Shown here piece by piece: positions 58,478 through 64,000 of a stretch of 64,000 nt of DNA. Positions within the stretch are counted from its first letter, which is position 1. Every line of letters starts with the position of its first letter. A program made the position numbers and the translations under genes. This DNA is from Candidatus Latescibacterota bacterium (GTDB taxonomy: Bacteria; Latescibacterota; UBA2968; UBA8231), in the NCBI GenBank assembly GCA_965197905.1, contig CBDAOB010000005.1, positions 1,120,001 through 1,184,000 of the forward strand, read 5' to 3'. A model generated the notes under the pieces. That model made no database searches. It worked only from the letters and a program-made list of their open reading frames with translations, and had not been told where the DNA came from.

Positions 58478-59515
58478 TCACAGCCGCACCTCGGCTCCGG
58501 TGGTCGCGGATTCGTAAACCCCGTTGACGATCTTCTGCACTGCGATCGCCTCGTCGAAGCTAACCGCCGGATCCATATTGCCTTTCATCGCCTCCACAAA
58601 CACTCTGTGCTGTTCGACCTGACGCTTCTCGTGTTCCGGCTCGTGTTCCAAGATCAACTGCCGCACCTTTTCCCTTTCTTCCAGTTCCACGATACAGCCA
58701 TCTTCCTTGACCCGAATGACTCCCTCGATCCCGTTGATCTCCACCCCTGCGGGTTCGGAGCATGGGTGCAGAAGCCAGCTCCCCTCCAAGGACATGGAGC
58801 TGCCATCTGCGAACCGCACGTGGGCGTGAACAAAGTCTTCCACGTCCGCGTCAGCGGCCACGCCATCGAAATGAACCAGTGGGTCGGGCATCTTGTCGAT
58901 GCGGCGAAAGGTAGAGGCGGAGACGGTAACGGGCTGGGGTGTCCCGAGGATCCACATGGCCAGATCCAGGAAATGCACAACGGTCCCAGCGAAAACTCCA
59001 CCGAGGGAGTATTCTCGACGGTGAAAGAACCTGCCGGCGGGGTATTCCATGATGTGGCCCGCCCACACGCGGGAATGGTAGACATCTCCCAGTTTCCCTA
59101 GAGCCAGGAACTGCTGCACGGCCTCGTAGAAATGCATCTGTCGGAGCTGCAGACCCATGGTGAATAGTTTGCCCGACTTTAGCGCCGCGTCTCGCATCGA
59201 TTCCGCTTCCCCCAGGCTCATGCAGAGAGGTTTCTCGCACAGTACGTGGGCCCCGGCCTCGTAGGCGGCTATGGTCTGCTCAGCGTGATAGAGCGGGGGA
59301 GAAACCACCACGACGTAGTCGGGCCGCTCGCGCTCCAGCATTTCGCGTACCTCGGTATAGGTCTGCGGAATCTGAAATTCCTTCGCCGCCGCGACCGCAG
59401 CCTCTTCATAGGGGTCGACTACGGCTGCAAGCTCGATCTCAGGAACCTCATTGAGCGATTCCATATGGACCTTGCCCATTTCTCCGGCCCCTATGACGGC
59501 CGCCTTTATAGCCAT
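58478..59515 (-). CDS. Gfo/Idh/MocA-family oxidoreductase
   Basis: AVIGAGEMG, HVLCEKP, GG-VHFLDL. Confidence 0.9.
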   Translation of the reverse strand: MAIKAAVIGAGEMGKVHMESLNEVPEIELAAVVDPYEEAAVAAAKEFQIPQTYTEVREMLERERPDYVVVVSPPLYHAEQTIAAYEAGAHVLCEKPLCMSLGEAESMRDAALKSGKLFTMGLQLRQMHFYEAVQQFLALGKLGDVYHSRVWAGHIMEYPAGRFFHRREYSLGGVFAGTVVHFLDLAMWILGTPQPVTVSASTFRRIDKMPDPLVHFDGVAADADVEDFVHAHVRFADGSSMSLEGSWLLHPCSEPAGVEINGIEGVIRVKEDGCIVELEEREKVRQLILEHEPEHEKRQVEQHRVFVEAMKGNMDPAVSFDEAIAVQKIVNGVYESATTGAEVRL

Positions 59516-59530
59516 CGACCATTCTCCATG

Positions 59531-60310
59531 TTATAGGGTAGAGGTCTTTGCCCGGACCTCTGTGGTAATATCGTCCATGGCACGGATCAGGAGTTCGAAG
59601 TCGTTCCCCATCTGCAGCCAATCTACACCGCGGCGCACCTGATTTGCTGCAAACTCCGCGTCAATGGGCATGCCCGAGCCGACGAAAACCCCGGCAGCCG
59701 AGGCGGCGGCAATTACGGTCTCCATGGCGGTAACCACAGTCGGGTGTTCCACATCGCCAAGCATGCCCAGGGATCCGGAGAGATCGTAGGGCCCTAGGAC
59801 CACGGAATCCAGGCCCGGGATCGCAACGATCTGTTCGATCTCGGCAACCGCTCCGGCGGTCTCGATCATCACAGCCGCGAAAACGCCGGCGTTGGCTCTT
59901 GCGACATATGCCTCGCCTCGTCGACCGTAGTCGGTGGGAATCATGGGGCCAAACCCGCGGCTTCCCTGCGGCGGGTAGCGACATTCCGCCACCGCCTGGC
60001 GCACCTGTTCGGCCGATTCGAGCTGGGGCACGATTATGCCGTGGGCTCCGGCGTCGAGGACCGGTTTGATCTGTTCCGGGCTGGCGCCAGCCACCCGGAC
60101 AAGTGCCGGTTTCGATCTGCTGCGAATGGCGAGCAAGTGTGTCCTGAGCGATTCGGGATTGAGCGGCGAGTGCTCCTGGTCGATCCACAGGAAATCCACC
60201 GAATCCGCCAGGGCTTCGCTAACCAGCGGGTCGGCAATGGCGATGCTGGTCCCGATTGCCAGCTCGCCGTCTGCGAGTTGTTGTTTCAAACGTTCAATGG
60301 GTTCGAACAT
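59531..60310 (-). CDS. HpcH/HpaI-family aldolase
   Basis: WIDQEHSP, LDAGAHGIIVP, RYPPQGSRG, MIET, GPYDLS-SLG. Confidence 0.9.
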   Translation of the reverse strand: MFEPIERLKQQLADGELAIGTSIAIADPLVSEALADSVDFLWIDQEHSPLNPESLRTHLLAIRSRSKPALVRVAGASPEQIKPVLDAGAHGIIVPQLESAEQVRQAVAECRYPPQGSRGFGPMIPTDYGRRGEAYVARANAGVFAAVMIETAGAVAEIEQIVAIPGLDSVVLGPYDLSGSLGMLGDVEHPTVVTAMETVIAAASAAGVFVGSGMPIDAEFAANQVRRGVDWLQMGNDFELLIRAMDDITTEVRAKTSTL

Positions 60311-60473
60311 CAAGTCTCCTAAGCTGAAGTCGCCTGAAACTGCCGAGTGGCCATGCGAGTCATGCGGGGCAGAACATAGGAACAAATCCAGGGTCGAGCA
60401 TCGGTCCTCAGCCCGGCCGAGCATCGCTCTCCTTCAAGGTGAATGTCTTGCGCGACGCTATGGTGATCGCAGC

Positions 60474-60502
60474 TTGCCGGGCGAGTTTGGTGCGGGTAGT
60501 TT
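60474..60502 (+). promoter_or_regulatory. Possible sigma70-like promoter of the CHAD gene
   Basis: TTGCCG-N17-TAGTTT. Confidence 0.4.
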
Positions 60503-60529
60503 CCCATTAGTCCGAAGCCGGAATCATTC

Positions 60530-61477
60530 ATGCGTGAAAAAGGACAGGTAGCACCGGTGGCATTCAAGTTCGAGCCGGGTGAAAACCCTTCGACAGCCGT
60601 CAGAAGGGTGGCTTCGGAACAGCTGCGTCTGGCGATCGATCACCTCAACTGCACCGATGACAGGCGGGACAGGCATGTCCACGAGGCTCGCAAAAGTATG
60701 AAACGGCTGCGTGGATTGGTACGCCTGGTCCGCGCCGACCTGGGAGCGGACAACTACATGCGCGAAAATGCCACCTTCCGCGATGCCGCGGGTTTGATAT
60801 CCGGTCTCCGCGATGCCGCGGTCCGGGTGCAGACCCTGGACAAGCTGATCGAGTATTGCGCTCCGGACATTCCCCGAAGCGGTTTCTCCGCAGTGCGCCT
60901 ATGGCTCGTGCAGCGACGCAGGAATGCCTATTCGAGGGTTGCGACTGATAGCCGGGCCGTACAAACCATAGTTCGAGAGTTGGAACGGGCCCACGATCGG
61001 GTTGTGTCCTGGTCCTTCTCTCAGCGCGATTGGGAGGGCGTGGGTGCGGGATTGAAACGGACGTACGCCAAAGGTCGGAGAGAGTACCGGCTGATCTATC
61101 GAGATCCCAGCGATGAAGGCCTGCACAACTGGCGCAAGTCGGTGAAATATCTGTGGTATCATGTACAGCTGTTGGGGGACTCAGACCCGGTTGCGCTTGG
61201 GGTTATGGTCGAGGAGCTGGACCATCTGGGCGAGCTCTTGGGCGACGACCATGATCTCGCCCTGCTCGAAGGGACCCTGACGGAGGCGTATCCAAGGGGG
61301 CATGGACCATCGACGATCAGAGCCCTGCGCAGGAGAATCTCCCAGAAGCGACGACAGCTGCAACAGGCGGCTCGAGCGCTCGGGTCGCGTGTCTATCTCG
61401 AAAAACCGAGGACCTTCCAGGTTAGGTTGCAGAGAACCTGGCCTGGTCGGAATCAAGATCATGTGCCGCAAGCGTAG
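60530..61477 (+). CDS. CHAD-domain protein (polyphosphate-binding family)
   Basis: VHEARKSMKRLR, RD, LHNWRKSVKYLWY, LGDDHDL. Confidence 0.9.
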   Translation: MREKGQVAPVAFKFEPGENPSTAVRRVASEQLRLAIDHLNCTDDRRDRHVHEARKSMKRLRGLVRLVRADLGADNYMRENATFRDAAGLISGLRDAAVRVQTLDKLIEYCAPDIPRSGFSAVRLWLVQRRRNAYSRVATDSRAVQTIVRELERAHDRVVSWSFSQRDWEGVGAGLKRTYAKGRREYRLIYRDPSDEGLHNWRKSVKYLWYHVQLLGDSDPVALGVMVEELDHLGELLGDDHDLALLEGTLTEAYPRGHGPSTIRALRRRISQKRRQLQQAARALGSRVYLEKPRTFQVRLQRTWPGRNQDHVPQA

Positions 61478-61671
61478 GTCGGAAAGCCATGAGACGGGCG
61501 CCGGCTCCACGCAACCGCGTGCAAGAATCTTGCCGAATACTCAGAATTCCGAGTTCCTCTCTCAGTTTTTCGACACCCGTGACGAAGACAGACGGCGCAT
61601 CCCTTCCAACTATCCCGCATGGATCGGGCCAACCTCTCTCTGCGCAGGCGTTGCTGTTCTGCGGCCATGGC

Positions 61672-61686
61672 TGGCACGCAGCTTGC
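61672..61686 (+). promoter_or_regulatory. Sigma54 (-24/-12) promoter
   Basis: TGGCAC-GCAGC-TTGC, exact GG-N10-GC consensus, 135 nt upstream of the kinase ATG. Confidence 0.7.
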
Positions 61687-61742
61687 CTATGCAATTGACC
61701 GAAAACAGGAAAACCAGAATGTTCGCCGGCTGCGGCTCTTGC

Positions 61743-61771
61743 TTGTCGGCTATACCAAATACCGGTAGTTT
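61743..61771 (+). promoter_or_regulatory. Possible sigma70-like promoter of the two-component operon
   Basis: TTGTCG-N17-TAGTTT. Confidence 0.4.
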
Positions 61772-61821
61772 TGTGTAAATAAAGGATATACGCCCGATTC
61801 TCAGAGCCGAAAGCGCAGTCT

Positions 61822-63288
61822 ATGCCGGCGGTCGAACCGACCAACAACAGACCCTCGAGGGGTCGCATCGGTACCAAGCTCGTTCTGAGCTTTGTATTGC
61901 TGGTTATGGTAGTGGTGGGCAGCTCCGGTTGGGTTCTTTTCCAATTGATCGAACGCAGCCTGGAACAACAGATGAGCCAGCAACTGGTGGCCGCGGCGCG
62001 GTTGGTCACGACCAGCGTTGACGGCGACGTGTTGCGACGTCTGCAGCCAGGCAACGAGAATTTTCGTGTTTACCGTTTGCTCAACGCCCAGTTGGAGCGC
62101 GGAAAGGAAATGGTTGGTGCCAGGCGCATCTACGCCTTCGATCGCTCGGGGCGCAGTTTGCTCGATACCGAAGGGGAGGTGCCCATCGGTCGCGAGTATC
62201 CGCACCTCCGGATCCGCGATCGGCTTGAGCTGGAGCAAGTATGGAACGGCCAACCTGCCCACTCGGTGTTGTTCGACGGTGAAGATGGAGTCACCTATAT
62301 GACAGGTTATGCCCCGGTGTGGTCCGGAGACAGGATCGTCGCGGCCGTGGGCGTCGATATCGGCGCAGCCTACGTCGACACAATTCGGGTCTTCAAGCGC
62401 TCGGTCTACGTCTTTGCCGGCGTGGGCGCGCTGCTAACCGTGGTGGTGGGATTGATCCTGGCACGCACCATAACGCGGCCGATTCAGAAGCTGGTAGCTG
62501 CGGCGCGGGAGATCGGTCAGGGTCGGCTGCAGCAGGTGGTGGATTCGTTCGCCCACGACGAAATAGGGTACCTGGGCGAAACGATGGAAGAGATGCGCAA
62601 GAAATTGCTGGCGCGCGATGCGCAGCTGCGGCAGATGCTGGCGGGGGTTGCGCACGAGATCCGCAATCCACTCGGAAGCATTGAGCTCTACACCGGGCTC
62701 ATCGCGGACGACTTACCCAACGATGACCCGCGCAAGATCCACATACAAAAGGTCATCGGAGAAGTTCGCAATCTCGATCATGTAATATCGGAGTTTCTGG
62801 AATTCGCCCGTCCCGCGCCTCCGGCGTTGGAGCGCACCCTTGTCGGGCGCCTCGTAGACGACGCGGCCTTTCTATTGGCGCCGGAGATGGAGCAGGCTGG
62901 CGTCCAGTACCATCAGGATGTGGACGTGAACCTGGACGCTCTCGTCGACCCGGAGCAGATCAAACGGGCCTTCTTCAACCTGATGCAGAATGCGGTGGAG
63001 GCGATGAAAGAGGGCGGCGATCTCCGCGTCCATGCGCATGATGAGAACGGCCATGCCATGGTGGAGGTCTTAGACAGTGGTCCCGGCATCAGCCGCGCCG
63101 TTCAGGAGCGACTGTTCGAGCCGTTTTTCACCACCAAAGAGAAGGGTTCGGGCCTCGGATTGGCGATTGTCCGCAAGACGTTGGAGGAAAATCAGGGCCG
63201 TATTGAGGTAGACAGCGAGGAAGGTCGTGGTACGAAATGCCGCGTCTATCTGCCTCGCGCCTCGGCCCGAACGGGGCTGGGCAGATAG
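61822..63288 (+). CDS. Membrane-bound HAMP-domain sensor histidine kinase
   Basis: Two TM helices, HAMP (ITRPI...DEIG), AHEIRNPL, NLMQNA, DSGPG, FEPFFTTK, GSGLGL. Confidence 0.92.
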   Translation: MPAVEPTNNRPSRGRIGTKLVLSFVLLVMVVVGSSGWVLFQLIERSLEQQMSQQLVAAARLVTTSVDGDVLRRLQPGNENFRVYRLLNAQLERGKEMVGARRIYAFDRSGRSLLDTEGEVPIGREYPHLRIRDRLELEQVWNGQPAHSVLFDGEDGVTYMTGYAPVWSGDRIVAAVGVDIGAAYVDTIRVFKRSVYVFAGVGALLTVVVGLILARTITRPIQKLVAAAREIGQGRLQQVVDSFAHDEIGYLGETMEEMRKKLLARDAQLRQMLAGVAHEIRNPLGSIELYTGLIADDLPNDDPRKIHIQKVIGEVRNLDHVISEFLEFARPAPPALERTLVGRLVDDAAFLLAPEMEQAGVQYHQDVDVNLDALVDPEQIKRAFFNLMQNAVEAMKEGGDLRVHAHDENGHAMVEVLDSGPGISRAVQERLFEPFFTTKEKGSGLGLAIVRKTLEENQGRIEVDSEEGRGTKCRVYLPRASARTGLGR

Positions 63289-64000
63289 ATGAGTCGCATT
63301 CTGGTGATCGACGACAACGAATCCATGCGCAGCGCCGTATCGGAGGTGGCTAAACGGATGGGTCATGAGGCGATTGGCGCCGCCACTGGAGCTGAGGGAC
63401 TCAGCCGTTTGCAGGAGCAGGTGTTCGATCTGGCTATCATCGATTATCGGATGGACGATATGGACGGGCTTCAGGTTCTGGAAGCTTTGAAAGCTCAGGC
63501 GCCAGACACCGAAGCGATGATTCTGACCGGGTTCGGAACCATCGAGATCGCGGTCGAGGCGATGAAGAAGGGGGCTGCCGACTTTATCGAGAAAACCAAT
63601 CTGCGGGAAGCGCTGCCGATCAAGATCGAGAAGGTGTTGGATTATAGGGACGCACGCCGAGATCGCGAACGTCTGGGAGAAGAGAACAAGTACCTGCGAG
63701 AAGAGATCAGCGGTCGCTACAATTTCGGAGAGATCGTCGGGGCGTCCACTCAAATGGCGCAGATCCTGGCGACGGTGAAGAAGGTCGCCAGTACCGATTC
63801 CTCGGTTCTGATAAGCGGTGAGAGCGGAACAGGCAAAGAGCTCGTGGCGAGGGCGCTGCATTACCAGAGCCAGCGGCAGTCCCGACCTTTCGTCAAGGTG
63901 AACTGCGGGGCCCTGCCCCGGGAGTTGGTGGAGAGCGAGCTGTTCGGCCACGAGAAGGGCTCGTTCACCGGGGCGGTGCGGCAGAAGAAAGGTAAATTCG
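63289..64000 (+). CDS. Sigma54-dependent NtrC-family response regulator (3' truncated by window edge; absent from the ORF track)
   Basis: Manual translation [12 protein letters not shown]...IDYRM...[15 protein letters not shown]...VKVNCGALP...[15 protein letters not shown]. Confidence 0.92.
   Translation, partial: MSRILVIDDNESMRSAVSEVAKRMGHEAIGAATGAEGLSRLQEQVFDLAIIDYRMDDMDGLQVLEALKAQAPDTEAMILTGFGTIEIAVEAMKKGAADFIEKTNLREALPIKIEKVLDYRDARRDRERLGEENKYLREEISGRYNFGEIVGASTQMAQILATVKKVASTDSSVLISGESGTGKELVARALHYQSQRQSRPFVKVNCGALPRELVESELFGHEKGSFTGAVRQKKGKF

Noticed and set aside
1..64000. rRNA, tRNA (including tRNA-Sec), CRISPR arrays, prophage or defence systems
   Set aside because: None recognised by eye; intergenic spaces are short and I saw no cloverleaf or repeat-spacer pattern, though a covariance-model scan would be needed to exclude small RNAs

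Overview
64 kb of a GC-rich bacterial chromosome, densely coding, with no rRNA, tRNA, CRISPR array or prophage that I could see. The gene content suggests an FCB/PVC-type environmental or symbiotic lineage such as Latescibacterota, Gemmatimonadota or Poribacteria (inference from the FlgD-Ig lipoprotein and the many GH-like, PhyH, Gfo/Idh/MocA and amidohydrolase genes). Housekeeping and accessory genes include serS, folD, mnmA, nth, nudC, a 10-gene Mrp Na+/H+ antiporter operon, hydantoinase/oxoprolinase A/B plus a D-aminoacylase, two tandem TMTC-like TPR glycosyltransferases and several signalling proteins. Highlights: (1) a selenoprotein missed by the ORF track, a BCP/PrxQ peroxiredoxin (3734-4171) with an in-frame UGA exactly at the peroxidatic Cys and a SECIS-like hairpin just downstream; (2) an archaeal-type CoA-precursor gene pair, pantoate kinase plus phosphopantothenate synthetase (15532-17110), in a bacterial context; (3) a complete IS1182-family element (7048-8549, 17-bp TIRs, CTAG target duplication) splitting a GH127-like gene that rejoins in frame; (4) a SerRS with divergent serine-pocket motifs; (5) an orphan minus-strand terminator suggesting an sRNA upstream of serS; (6) clean sigma54 and sigma70 promoter motifs. 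Five single-base frameshifts at short base runs and one in-frame amber codon suggest residual sequencing or assembly errors, which limits pseudogene calls. All family assignments come from motif recognition by eye; no searches were run.
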